This document shows positions 26,777-38,984 of a stretch of 64,000 nucleotides of DNA, one piece after another. The translations under genes and the position numbers were made by a program. The notes under the pieces were generated by a model, which was not told the DNA's origin, ran no database searches, and worked only from the letters and a program-made list of their open reading frames with translations. Every line of letters starts with the position of its first letter. Positions within the stretch are counted from its first letter, which is position 1. Location: the NCBI RefSeq assembly GCF_009914755.1, contig NC_060938.1; one strand, written 5' to 3'. The DNA is from the human T2T-CHM13v2.0 reference genome, Homo sapiens.

Positions 26777-26940
26777 TGTATCAGTTTGCCAGGGCTGCCA
26801 TAACAAAGACCGTAAACTAAGTAGCTTAAAACAACAGAAATGGTGTTCTCCCACAGGTGTGGGAATCCAAAGCCCACCTTCGAGGTATGGACGGGGTTGG
26901 TTTCACATAGGAATTTTGGGGGGACAGTTTGGCCCAGAAC
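26777..26940 (-). mobile_element. MLT1B/C-like LTR with a large internal deletion
   Basis: tgtatcagtttgccagggctgccataacaaa...gcttaaaacaacagaaat joined to ttttggggggaca terminus. Confidence 0.65.
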
Positions 26941-28394
26941 CCCTGGAGAGGAAGCCTAGAACCCACAGAGGGTTAGCCCTGAAGGCAGGTAGAGTAGTGC
27001 CAGGTGGGTGACCCATCCCTTAGGGGTGCCCCTCTGGATCCTGCTGGGCCCTGGGAGGAGATGGCCCCAAGTGGAGCTGGTGGCAACTGGCCGTCCCCTG
27101 CCAGGGTTCCCCTGCTGGAGACCGTGGTGGCTGAGTCATCGCAGGTCCTCAGGCCGGTCTGGGTGGACGTGGAGGGTGCTCAGGATGTGTGGCTGGATGC
27201 ACCAAAGAATGAACGAGCGCCCTGCGGGAAACACGGGGAGGTGAGCCGGAGACCCCTGCTCTGCAAGCTGCCCGGGTCTGGCCAGCGGGCACTAGTGTGG
27301 GAGTTCAGCTGGCAACCCCCGACAGCCTTCTGAGCACGGCCCCCTTACCAGGTGCCGCCGCTTCCCAGCCTCCAGCCCCACCCCACCTCGGGGATCCTGC
27401 CCAAGGTCTGCTCTGCCCGGAAGTGAAGGAGAAGCCCGTTCTCTTCCCCCTCGGGCTGGGGAAGAGCTCACAGCCCAGGTCACGCCACAGAAATCCCCTC
27501 CTCATCTGGCCCTCTGACTCCACCTTTCCACGCTGTCCGTGGGACCAGGGGCTGAGCCGTCAGCGGCCGTGGACCTTGCCTTGATCCCACACTGGGCCCC
27601 GAGCCACTTTCTGCACATGATCTCTCCCAACCGCATCATCATCATCTTCTTCCCAAGTCCCCAGTGCAGCCCTGGGGGCCTGTCCTGTGAGACCCCTGAA
27701 GAGAGAGACCCCGGCAGGGACACTCTCACTGTGACAATGTTGAATTTACCTGAAGGTTAAGAAACCCTCTATTCTGGTGTTCCGGAAAACAGCTGATGGC
27801 AGCGGGGAGCCCCCTTGCCCGTAAGATGCTGGAAAACACTCCCAGATGCTCCTCATTTCCAGGGCCAGGCCCGACACATGCCCTCGAGTTCTTGTGTGGC
27901 CTCACGAGTGACTGGCTGCTCAACTGGAAGGAAAGGCGTGTTACTCAGCCTCGGTTCAGCTCCTCACTCCCCTCGAGCCCCGAACCTTGGCTGCCCTCAC
28001 TCGAGCCAGCAGATGCCTTCCTGAGAACAGGCGCACCAGGGCCAACCACGCTTGGCTCTGACGTCTCTGTCCTGCAGACTGTCCCCGCTTCCCCACGCCA
28101 CCTCCTCCCAGCTCTGTGGACGCCTCTTTCTAAAAGAGAAGCCCTTTCCCCTTACCCTGGAGAAGCCTGCAGCCCTTTGGTGAGGCGGGGGCATTCTCCC
28201 ACTGGATTGCCCTTCCAATCCAGTGTCACCTGTGGCGACAGCCCGCCTCCCCCTTGCAGTAACCCTCTTGAATAAACGCCTCTCCTTACCAGTCTGCCTC
28301 TGTCCTTTCTTTGATAATGCAGAGGAGACAGAGGAGGCCAGGTGCAGTCCGACTCAGGGGTGGCTGCAAGGTTGGCAGGGACTTCGGTGACCCC

Positions 28395-28887
28395 TGTATT
28401 AGGGTTCTCCAAAAATGCCAACAGAGCCTGTGTGTGTGTGCATGCATGTGTATGCATATGTGTGTATGCATGTGTGTACGCATGTGTGTGCACACGTGTG
28501 TGTGTGTGTGTGGATGTGTGTTTATTATAAGGGATTGGCTCATGTGGTTATGGAGGCTGGGAAGTCACTGGATGTGCCGTTGCCAAGTTGGAGACCCAGG
28601 AGCGCCAATGCTGTGAGTTCCAGTCCCATCCAAAGGGGGAAGACAGATGTCCCAGCTCAGCAGTCAGCAGAGTCAGTTCTCCCTCGCTTCACCTTCTTGT
28701 CCTGTGCAGGCCTCCGACCTACTAGACAGGGCCGCCCACATGGGGAGCACCCCTGCTGGACTCAGTTCACTGACTCCAGTGTTGATCTCCTCCGGAAGCA
28801 GCCTCACACATACCCAGAGTCATGTTTGACCAAATGTCTGGGCACCTTGTGTCCCAGTCACATTGACACATGTAATGACCCATCACA
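28395..28887 (-). mobile_element. MLT2B-like ERVL solo LTR with internal TG repeat
   Basis: tgtattagggttctcc...catcaca termini; exact 5-bp TSD acccc at 28390-28394 and 28888-28892. Confidence 0.92.
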
Positions 28888-31840
28888 ACCCCTGAGAGCA
28901 CCGGCTTTGTGAACTGGGCTGCTGCGGATGGGGCGGGGTGGGAGGTGTCCCAGGGCTCTGGAAACCTGTGTTTCAGGGTCACATGGGTGCTGAGGTCACC
29001 ATGCCACTCCCTGGCCCTGGTGGCTGTGTCAGCCCTGACCCCGGACTTGACTTGGGCCTCAGCCCTTGTGTTGGAGACGCCAAGTGGCAGCCCCTCGCCT
29101 GCTCACCTTCACTCTTAGGGGCAGGATGCTTCGGCCAAAGCCTCTGCCTTGACGGCATCGCCTTGATGTGAGCACACGTGGCTCGGAGAAGCTCAGGGTC
29201 TCGCTGCACTTGGGCCTGGCCGCAGGTGTGTGTGTGGCTGCCCTGTGTGCAGGGTGTGCATGCACAGCACTCTGACTTCCCGTGCGCTCCCAGCTCCCCA
29301 GCACTCTGCTCTGCTGCATCCTTGGGGCCACAGCGAGATGTGAGATCTGCAGCCAGGATCTGGGAGTGACCATGTGACAAGAAAACCTCGGCCCCTTCCT
29401 TCCCCTGGGGAAGCCCGGGGGCCTTTGCCTGCTCAGGTCTGCTGGGCCCTTGTGGCCACAGTGAGTGGTCATTTCCACAGCAGGTTTTGTGACCGTGTCG
29501 GCACTGCCCGATGCATGGGCAGAGCCGCCAGCTGTCGGGCAGACGGGCAGCTGAACCCTGGTTTTGACCCTGGGAGATGGGGGCCTTCATCAGCTGTTTG
29601 CCGGTAGCTGCCCTGAGACTTGCTCCTGAAACAGAAGAGGGCCTGGAGCCTGTGCAGATGGCCTGGGGAGGCTGGTGCGAGGGTGGGCGGCGGGGAGGGC
29701 AGAGCAGGCAGGGGCGCCGGTGTGCTGGGATCTCTGAAAGCACCAGCTCCAGTATTTCTTTTGTCAAAGGCAGGCATGTGGTTTGGTCCCTAGAATAAAA
29801 TCCCCCCTTTAGTCGCCAGAGGCTTGGATTTTCATGCCTGCACTGGGGGTGAGGCTCCGAGGCTGATTCTTGACTCCTGGAGTTTTCAGCCCCTCTGGGG
29901 GCTCCTGGGAGGGATGAGGCTGCTTCTGCCATGAGGCCTGGACCCCTGCAGAGTTGGAGGTGTGGCCCAGAGCGGGGTGGGCTCGGTGACTTTCGACCCT
30001 TGCTGTGAGGTGAGCTCAGGAGGGAACTTCAGGACTGGGGGCATAGGAGGGAGCGAGAGGTGAGTGGCCAGGGCGGGTCGCGAGCACAGCGGGGCCCTGG
30101 GAGTCCAGGGGCATGACTACAACCTGGGCTGGAGCCCGGAGGGCACGTGAGGGGCTTCACCTGGGAGCCGGCTGGTCAGAGGTTGAGCTGGTGGTGCGTT
30201 CCTGCAGGGCCCTGGCAGCTGGGGCAGTGAGCCACAAAGGTGCCATGGCTGGTGAGGGGAGCACATGCAGCCAGGCGCAAGAAGCAGGGAGCGCCTGATG
30301 GGATGGCGAGGCATGGGCTACAGGGGCCCGTCCTGGCCCTGGGGGGTGCAGGGGTGCTGGAGTCATCAGCTTCCCTCTGTACCACATTTCAGTCCTCCCA
30401 GGAAGCAGAAGTGATGGTTCTCGGGGCTCCAGGGTGTGGTGGCGGTGACGGCCCCACAGGCTGCTGTCTGTGGGTTTTCCTCTCCTTGCTTGGAGCCACC
30501 TTTTCCCCTGCTGACTTTAGCTCATGGTCCCTTCAGTCTGGGAAGATTTATGGGCCTCCTTCTGGGTGCCGGGGACGTGGGCCAGATCAGGTGGTCTTGC
30601 CAGAGGGCTGGCGGTGGGAATGGGAGTGATCCTGACATGCAAACAGGAGTACCAGGCAGGGCCAGAGCCGTAGGGTCTGGGATTCAGCCAGCCTGGGGGC
30701 CTCTCCTGGGAGCTGCCCTGTTGGGGTTCCAGGGGTATGAATGCCCCTGGTGGGTGGCCCTCAGTTTGCTTGTCTTTGAAATGGGCCGTGACCAGGCTCC
30801 CCAGGGTGCCTGCCCAGTGCCAGGATGGGGTGTGAGGTTGGGATTGCAGCTGCCACCACAAGCCAGGCAGTAGGACAAACATGGTCTCAGAGGGTACGCC
30901 TGGGCACAGGTGACCCGGACACCATGTGGGGCAGCCGAAGGGGGCAAGAGGCTGGGGCTGGAATCCCACCAAAGGTGCCTGGCAGCCTGGGCAGGAGAGG
31001 GCCGGGGAGGGGGCTGCCCTCTGCCCCAGTGACCCTGCATTGGGCAGTCCCTGGGCCCTGACCTCAGCACCGCCCCTGGCCCGGCACCTCGTTTTTCCAC
31101 TTGGACCCCTCCCTGGCTTCCTGGCCATGCCATCGCCTCATCCAGCCCTTCCCTGGGCTATCAGGGCTGGGCCTGTTTATGCAGCTGGGGCCAGAGGAAC
31201 CAGCTCCAATGCCGAGACAACGCAGGCACAGCCATTAGTCATGGGTGGAAATCAGAAGTTAGACGAACCAAGGTCCGAACGTCAGGGATGGCGTTCGGGA
31301 GCGCAGGTGTGGGGCCGGGCCAGGCCGCAGGCTCCTTGGTGGGAGCCCCAGACTTGGGCCCATGGGCCTCCATCAGCCCAGCCACACCATCACCTGCACT
31401 GAGCCGAGCTCTCCCCCGGGGCTCGGATCCGCTGGGTGCTGATAGGCCCCTGTCCTTGGCTCAGGGCAACTCTGGGGAAGTCTGGAATCCTTTGAATGGT
31501 GCAGATTGCTGTGACTCACGGCTGTGGGGCCATGAGGGACTGGCGGCCGCCCAGCCTGCAACCTCGTTTTGAAACCTCAGGGTAGACCCCTGTGCAGCCC
31601 CAGGCCACCCTGGTCACTGCCCTCAACTGGGTCCTCATGCCCGAGCATGCTGTCCTGGGCCATGACCCTGCCCACGGGCTCTTCCTGCCCCTAGCCCAGG
31701 GACTCAGAGTCACACAGTGGATGGGACCCCACAGTCATGTAGGCCACATTCTGATTGTGTGGTGGCCCACACGCCTCCAGAAATGGGGCTTGCTGTTTGC
31801 CAGAGGCCAGAGGGCACAAAGAGGTCTCGGATTAGGCCCC

Positions 31841-32292
31841 TATATCCCAAAGAAGGATGGCTCTATATCCCAAAGAAGGACGGCTCTATATCCCAAAGAA
31901 GGATGGCTCTATATCCCAAAGAAGGATGGCTCTAGATCCCAAAGAAGGACGGCTCTATATCCCAAAGAAGGATGGCTCTATATCCCAAAGAAGGACGGCT
32001 CTATATCCCAAAGAAGGACGGCTCTATATCCCAAAGAAGGATGGCTCTATATCCCAAAGAAGCGTAGCTCTATATCCCAAAGAAGGACGGCTCTATATCC
32101 CAAAGAAGGATGGCTCTAGATCCCAAAGAAGGATGGCTCTAGATCCCAAAGAAGGACGGCTCTATATCCCAAAGAAGGACGGCTCTAGATCCCAAAGAAG
32201 GATGGCTCTATATCCCAAAGAAGGACGGCTCTATATCCCAAAGAAGGACGGCTCTATATCCCAAAGAAGGACGGCTCTATATCCCAAAGAAG
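31841..32292. repeat. 23-bp minisatellite, ~19.7 copies (TAKATCCCAAAGAAGGAYGGCTC)
   Basis: Exact 23-bp period from 31841; two recurrent variable positions plus one variant unit at 32048. Confidence 0.98.
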
Positions 32293-32460
32293 TCCCCCTT
32301 GGCTGCCCACCCAAGGGAAATGGAAAGTTGATTGGCAGCATCTGCCAAGTCCTGGGGAGGGTACCCTATCCCGGAGCCCTGTGGGCCGGCAGCTGGTGCT
32401 GGTGCCCTGCAGCTGACCAGGCCCAGGCTTGGGCTGCTGGCATCCCTCCTGAGGGCACCT

Positions 32461-32660
32461 GCGTAATGATAGCACGATTAGACCCATACCCTGCAGGGAC
32501 AATTCAGAGAGGCAGAAACTGTCATTGCTAATTGGTAATTCCATAAATTAGACAGTAAAGACAGATGTTGTGAGTATTGGAAAAACGCTGTCAAATAATT
32601 GGGTTATTCTCATAAGAGGAGAGGCGATTTGCTACCTGTCAAACAGCATTTCACCCCTGC
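32461..32660. promoter_or_regulatory. Strong candidate HOX/TALE developmental enhancer core
   Basis: CTGTCA at 32519, 32588, 32636; TAATGA 32464; TAATTG 32529 and 32596; CCATAAA 32541; CAGATG 32562. Confidence 0.6.
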
Positions 32661-33879
32661 CTGTTGCCTGCCTAGCTGGATAGAGGCTGGCTGGGGAGGG
32701 GCCCCAGGACCCAGGGCCCCTTAGAATTCTCCAGGGCCCCAACATCAGGGGGCAGGGAGCCCTACTGCCAGCTGGGAGAGGCCTAGGCTTCCCCATTCCC
32801 CATAGGCCCCTTCCTTACTGTCTTTCCCAGGGTGGACCTCCTCTGTGCCCCCCAGGCTCACATGAGCAGCCCCCTTGCCCGGAAGCTCTCTGTCTTCCTG
32901 TGCACCTTCTAGTCCTGGGAGACCCTACTGATGGCATGCCTCCAGCAGGAAGCCTTCCCGGCCCCATGCAGATGCGGGGCCTATAGCCTCAACTGCAGCT
33001 TTGGGGGAAGCTTCAGGGCATGGGGGGTCTTGTTACTTCTTTCCCTCAGCATGAGCCCTACCTGCCCAGTGCTCCTGGAGGTGAGGAATCACATCTGCAC
33101 AATGCCGTGGGCTCCATCCCACCTCCCACAGACCTGCCCTGATGCCAACTGGGAGATGAAGTCACAGGTGAGAGGGCTCGTTCTGGGGCTTCAGCTCCTC
33201 CTGCAAGGCTGCAGACTCAGTGTGCACGAGACACATCTTGCCTGTGAGCAGACAGCCTCGGGACAGGGAGCTCATGCCTTACCTGGAGAGTCTGGCCTTC
33301 AGCTCGATGCTCTGCCTGCTGAGAAGCTTGCTTGCCCCACTGGGGCCTCCCTTGTTAGAGCCTTCCCTAGCATGGGGGAGTGAAGGGCCCTGTAGAGAAG
33401 GCTGGACGTGGGCTTCACGTGGGACCTGGACAGGGGCTGCCTTGCCTCCCTGTGTCGAGTTGAGCTGCTTCTCCATCCTGGGCCCCAGGCCCCAGGGAGC
33501 TGCACCCTGGCCACTTGGCAGATTCTGGGACAGCCTCAGGCAGTCCAGAGTTTGGACAAGGAGAGGGCTGCTCTGGGGTAGGCAGTGGCCAGGCATTGCT
33601 CTCTGCTGCACCCCTCCAACTCTATGCACAGTTGGCAGGAAGCTGGGTCTCTGGGCCTGACAGCCCTGAGTGATCTGTGGGAGAGACAGTGTGGAGAGAT
33701 GGACAGGGCTGCAAACATATCTGAAGAGAAGCAGGAAGAGACCTTGGGTGACCATAGGTGGAGCTGCCTCTGCCCTCCCCTGATTGCCTGCTCTGGCCCA
33801 TCTTCTCCAGGTAACAAATGGCCCTGAAGCCCACCTCTGGCATGCTTGCAGCCACTTGGCAGTGCTGGGATGTAGGCTG

Positions 33880-34180
33880 GGTAGGGAATCCTTTATAGAA
33901 GCCCAGAGCAACAGATGAACTTGGGGAGGGCTCCCCTATGGAAGCGACTTTGGGACTGAGTCAGGGCAGGGAAGAGCACTGCAGGCAGGGACACGGCAAG
34001 TGCAAAAGCCTTGGGGTGGCAGGGAGTGCCAGGAGCATGCAGGGCTATGGCAGGGTGGCAGGGAGTGCCAGGAGCATGCAGGGCGATTGCAGGGTGGCAG
34101 GGAGTGCTAGGAGCATGCAGGAGTGTGGTGGGTGGGGTGGTTGAAGGGAGAGGGACAGCGTGGCAGTGATAGGGGGCCCC
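33880..34180 (-). mobile_element. L2 fragment containing a 39-bp tandem triplication (34013-34128)
   Basis: gcaggcagggacacggcaagtgcaaaagcc L2-like motif; agggtggcagggagtgccaggagcatgcagg repeated 3 times. Confidence 0.55.
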
Positions 34181-34569
34181 AGGGGTGGATGGAGCAGTTC
34201 ATTTGGAAACAATACAGTCCATTGATCAAAAAGAATCTCAAAGGAAATTTTAAAATTACCCAAAACAGTATAAAAAACAAGCGAACTACAAACTAATAAC
34301 CCCTCATGAATACAGACATAAAATCCTTACCAAAATATTAGCAAACAGAAGTCAGTAGTATATAAAAAGAATATACACTATGACTCAGTGGGTTTATTCC
34401 AGGGATGCAAGGCTGGTTTAATATTTGAAATCAGTCAATATCATTCATCATGTTAACAAGCTAAAGAAGAAAAAAAAATCACATGATAGTGTCAATCTAT
34501 GAAGAAAAATCATTTAACAAAATCCAGCACTCATTCATGATAAATTATCAGCAAACTGGGAATAGAGGA

Positions 34570-35001
34570 TGATACGGTTTGAATATAGTTTGTCCCCTCC
34601 AAAACTCATGTTGAAATTTGATTGCTATTATGATGGTGTTGGGGAGTAGGACCTAATGGGAAGTGTTTGGGTCATGGGGATGGATCCCTAATGAATAGAT
34701 TAATGCCATCTAACCACAGTGCATTCTCCTTCTCTCAGGACTGGGTTAGTGATTGTGACAGTGAGTTGCTATAAAGTGAGATTTCTCTTTGTGTTTGCTT
34801 TTGCATTGCACATGCCTGCTTGCCTTCCCGCTTCACCATGTCTCGATATAGCACAAGGCCCCCACCAGAAGCTGAACAGGGGCTGATGCTGTGCTCTTGG
34901 ACTTTCCAGCCACCAGAATCGTGAGCCAAATAAACCTCTTTTCTTTATAAATTACCCAGCCTCTTAGGTTCTGTTATAACAACACTAAGTAGACTAAGAC
35001 A
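34570..35001 (+). mobile_element. MST-family MaLR solo LTR inserted in the L1
   Basis: tgatacggtttg...aaataaacctcttttctttataaattacccagcctc...gactaagaca; near-TSD gagga/gaggt. Confidence 0.92.
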
Positions 35002-35056
35002 GAGGTGAAGTTCCTCATTTGCTAAAGAACATCTACAAAAACCCTACAGCTAACTT

Positions 35057-35199
35057 TATATACTTAAAATTATAACTAACTATGTAATTAATACTGAATT
35101 TCTTTCCCCAAGATTGGAACAAGTATATATATATATACTTAAAATTATAACTAACTATGTAATTAATACTGAATTTCTTTTCCCAAGATTGGAACAAGT
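35057..35199. repeat. 68-bp direct duplication (period 75) inside the L1
   Basis: 35057-35124 vs 35132-35199, one mismatch, (AT)n linker. Confidence 0.95.
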
Positions 35200-37686
35200 C
35201 AAAGATGTGTAATTTCACCATTCTTATTCAACATAGTGCTGGAAGTTCTAGCTCTTGCAATAAGACAATGAAAGCAAATAAAAGACATAGTATATATATC
35301 TGAAAGGAAGGAATATGACTATCCCTACTTGCGGAGGTTGTCTACATAGAAAATCTGAAGGAATTGACAAAATATTCCTAGAACTAATCAGGAATTCAGC
35401 AAAGTTTCAGTGTACAAGATAAACATACAAAACTCAATTGTATTTCTATATCCTAGCAATGAACATGCAGATGCTGAAATTAAAAATAGAATACCATTTA
35501 CAACTACTCAAAAAATGAAATAGTTATAAATTCAACAAAACATGTGCAGGACTTGTGCTGAACAGTATACAACATTGATGAAAGAAATCAAAGATATAAA
35601 TAAGTAGAGAGAATGACTATGTTCATGGATTAGAAGACAACATAGTAAAGAGGCCAATTCTCCCCAAATTGATATGTGGGTTTAATGCTATTCCTATAAA
35701 AATCCCAGCAAGCTTATTTTGTAGACACAAACAAGATAATTATAAAATTTACACGAAAACAAGAAAGACTTAGAATAGCTGAAACAATTTTGAAAAAGAA
35801 TAAAAAAAAATCCTGCCATCCAATTTCAAGACTTTTTAGATAGCTATATTAGTCTAGATGGTGGTATTTGGTCAATTGGCTGAGGGATGGACCCACAAAC
35901 CAATGGACTAGAACGAGAGAACTCAGGAGTGGAGCTACACAATAGTACCCAAATGATTTTTGACAAAGTGAGATCTCACAAAGTGCAAAAGTAATTTAAT
36001 GGAGGACAAATAGCCTTTTAGCAAATGTTACTTGAGCAGAAAGAGAGCCTCAGTCTAAACATATCACACGTTATACAAAAATTAACTCAAATTGGACAAA
36101 TAGTTTAAGTGTAACAGGTGAAACCAAGAAACTTTTAGAAAAAAGCATAGGAGAAAACCTTTGGGAACTAGGGGTAGGCAAAGAGTTCATAGACTTGACA
36201 CCAAAAACATGGTCCTTAAAGGAAGCATTGATAAATTGGACTTCATCAAAATTAAAAATTGTCACTCTATGATAGAATCTGTTAAGAGGATGAACAAGCT
36301 ACAGAATAAGAGAAAATATCTGAAACCACATACCTGACAAAGGATTAGTATCTAGTATATACAAAGTGCTCTCAAAACTCAACAGTAAACAAACCTTAAC
36401 AACCCAATTAGAAAATGTGCAAGACCCCTGCAGAGACATTTCATTGAAGAGAGAAGATAGATGGCAAATAAACAGATGAAAAGATGTTTGACGTCATTAG
36501 CTATGGAGGAAATGCAAATTAAAACACAAGGAGATGTCACTACACACCTGTCAGAATGACTAACTTTTACAAAGAATGAAAACACCAAATGCTGGTGAGG
36601 ATGTGGAGAAGCTGGATGGGAATGTAACACAGTATTGCCACTCTAGAAAGACAGTTTGGCAATTTCTTTAAAAACTCAATTACCCTATGATGCAGTTGTT
36701 ATATTCCTGGTCTTGTATTCCAGAGATATGAAGACATGTTCACATAAAACATGTACATTACTGATTAGAGCAGCTTTATTCACCATAGCCCTAAACTGAA
36801 GTCAACCCAGATGTCCTTCGATGGGCAAATGATTAGACAAACCATGGTGCCTCCACACCATGGAGCACCACTCAGCCAGGAAAAGGAGCGAGCTAGCGAC
36901 ACGTCCAGCCACCTGGGTGAATCTCTAGAGAATTATGCTGAGTGAAAAATGCCAGTCCCCAAAGCTTACATACTGTATGTATGGTTTCATGTATATAACG
37001 TTCTTGAAATGGCAAATTTATAGAAAGGGAAGAAGAGACTGGTGGTTAGCAGAAATTAAGGAGTGGGTGCAGGGGGTGAGAGGAAAAGTGGGTGTAGCTA
37101 CAAAAGAGCACCCTGAGGGTCCCTGAGGGGTGGGTGCTCTGTGTCCTGGTTGCATCCATCAACACCCTGGTGGGGATACCGTGCTAGAGTTTTGCTGGAG
37201 GTTTCCACTGGGGGGGACGGAATGAAGGACACATGGGATCTGTTTGTGTTATTTCTTGTAGCTGCTTGGGGATCAACAATAATCTCCGAATAAAAAGTGT
37301 AATAAGTAAAGCAATAAAAACAACGAATAAAGGCATATGTATCACCAATTTAACCTGCTTGGGACGTGGCCCCTCCCTGTTCTCACTCTCTAGGTCTTCT
37401 TCTAGGCTGGATGTTGGGTTTGGGGGAGGGCAGGGGTATGGGAGGGAGGGGCTGCTCTCAGAGCATATGGAACTGCAGGCTCTTCTCATTGAAGGAGACG
37501 CATTTCCATGTCAAGGTTAGGAAACTTCTGAGGACGCATCAGAGGAACCTGAGGCCTCTGAGGCTGGGGGAGTCCCCTTCTCTCCCCACGTTCCCCGGGG
37601 CAAGGCCCAGCTTCGACCTCAAGGTCCCCCGTGCCAGGTCAGGCCCTGGATGGGCCTCTGGGCATGTCCTGGCTCCATCTGCCTCC

Positions 37687-37738
37687 ATCCCAGCCTGGAT
37701 GCGTGTGTGGAGATCCCAGCCTGGATGCGTGTGTGGAG
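37687..37738. repeat. Perfect 26-bp tandem duplication
   Basis: atcccagcctggatgcgtgtgtggag x2. Confidence 0.95.
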
Positions 37739-38299
37739 TGGACGACAGGCCTCCCAACTGCTGAGCAAACTGCACGAGCCACACACCTTTCTCAGCATCG
37801 TGCTTGCTGCCTGTCTCAGCACAGACTTGAGGGGGGGCCTTTGCTGAGACCCTGGATGAAACCCTGCAGCCAAAGGACAAGCCCGGAACAGGCCTGCAGG
37901 TGCCACTTCCAGAACGCCTTACTGCTCCTTGTCCAAGGAGTGGCTGCAACTCCACCTTTTCCCTGGAACAGGCCACCGGGGTATGTGGGTGAAGCCTGAG
38001 GGTCACTGCACCAGGCACCCTGCCTTGGGGTCAGCTGGACCTGTGGCCTCGGAGGACTCGCTTCCTGGCTCCTGCTCTCTTCTGTGGCCTGTTGGGCTCA
38101 CTGCTGCAGGCCCAGCGTGGACTCTCACCCAGAGTCAGCGCCCGGCGCCTGGGGGCCCCTAGGGTGGAGGAACTCAGTCAGTCCCCAGGTGGTCTGAGCC
38201 GCCCATTGGATGCCCAGCCCTGCCCAGTGGCCCTGCCCCGCCCTGCCCAGCCCTGCCTCTGGGGTCTCCACCTGCCTCGGAACAGCCCGGTCATTCTCA

Positions 38300-38535
38300 T
38301 CCCCAGTGTTTCAATTGAAATGTCCTACCAAGGGCTTAAATTAAAAACCAAACACTCAAAGCACCAGTGCCTTTTAGATGACTAAAATAAAAACCTAATT
38401 GAATTTTCCTAGGGAAAAATATCTCGTGTAAATTTAGCTAAGGGAGTGAAAGAGTGGCTCTTTAAAAATAGATATATATGGTTTTTAATTCAGAGTTATT
38501 TGCAAAGCAAATTAAAGAAATTAAAAAAAAAAACC
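38300..38535. promoter_or_regulatory. AT-rich island, candidate CNE
   Basis: Non-repetitive; TAATTG, near-palindrome ttttcctagggaaaa, TATTTGC. Confidence 0.3.
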
Positions 38536-38958
38536 TGCTCTGCCAATGGGGAGACTGGATCCAGACAAAGAGGAGCTTGCGAGGCTTGGCGAGCACGGGG
38601 CGGAGCCAGGGGCCGACCCCACAGTCCTGCCCCTGCCAGCCTGGCTCTGGGGCAGCTGGCCCTGGACCGGGCTCCTCCTGCAGGGCCGGTGCTTCCATCC
38701 CCGGCGTGAGTGCCCATGTCCTATGTTCGTGTGCTCTTGTTTTTCAGGCTTTGAGCTGGATCTGTGGGGTCTGGGCTCAGCTACCGGCTCCTCACCATGG
38801 AAGCCAAGATGCTGAGACCCCAAAGCCAACGAGGCAGAGCCGCCACCTCTCAGCCCCTCCCCAATCTCGCCCTCACTGCACCCCTGCCCACCTGAGGACA
38901 AACCTGGCCTCATGTCTTTTCTTTGCTGACCCTTCTTCTATTTGGGGAAGGGATTTAA

Positions 38959-38984
38959 TAAAACAAAACAAAACAAAACAAAAC
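38959..38984. repeat. (AAAAC)n microsatellite
   Basis: Directly visible. Confidence 0.85.

Larger units (their letters stand above)
34181..37320 (+). mobile_element. L1MC1-like LINE, 5'-truncated (decayed ORF2 plus 3' UTR)
   Basis: ccagggatgcaaggctggttt, gaaatgcaaattaaaac and other ORF2 landmarks; L1MC1-type 3' end with aataaaaag. Confidence 0.9.

Noticed and set aside
31841-32292. CRISPR-like array or repeat-protein ORFs (31592..32119, 31857..32531)
   Set aside because: Units are head-to-tail with no unique spacers, there are no cas genes and the context is primate; the ORFs are open only because the unit rarely contains stops
32551-32570. Full TWIST1-homeodomain Coordinator composite motif
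   Set aside because: The E-box and A-rich spacer are present, but I see no TAAT core at the spacing I recall; reported only as an E-box
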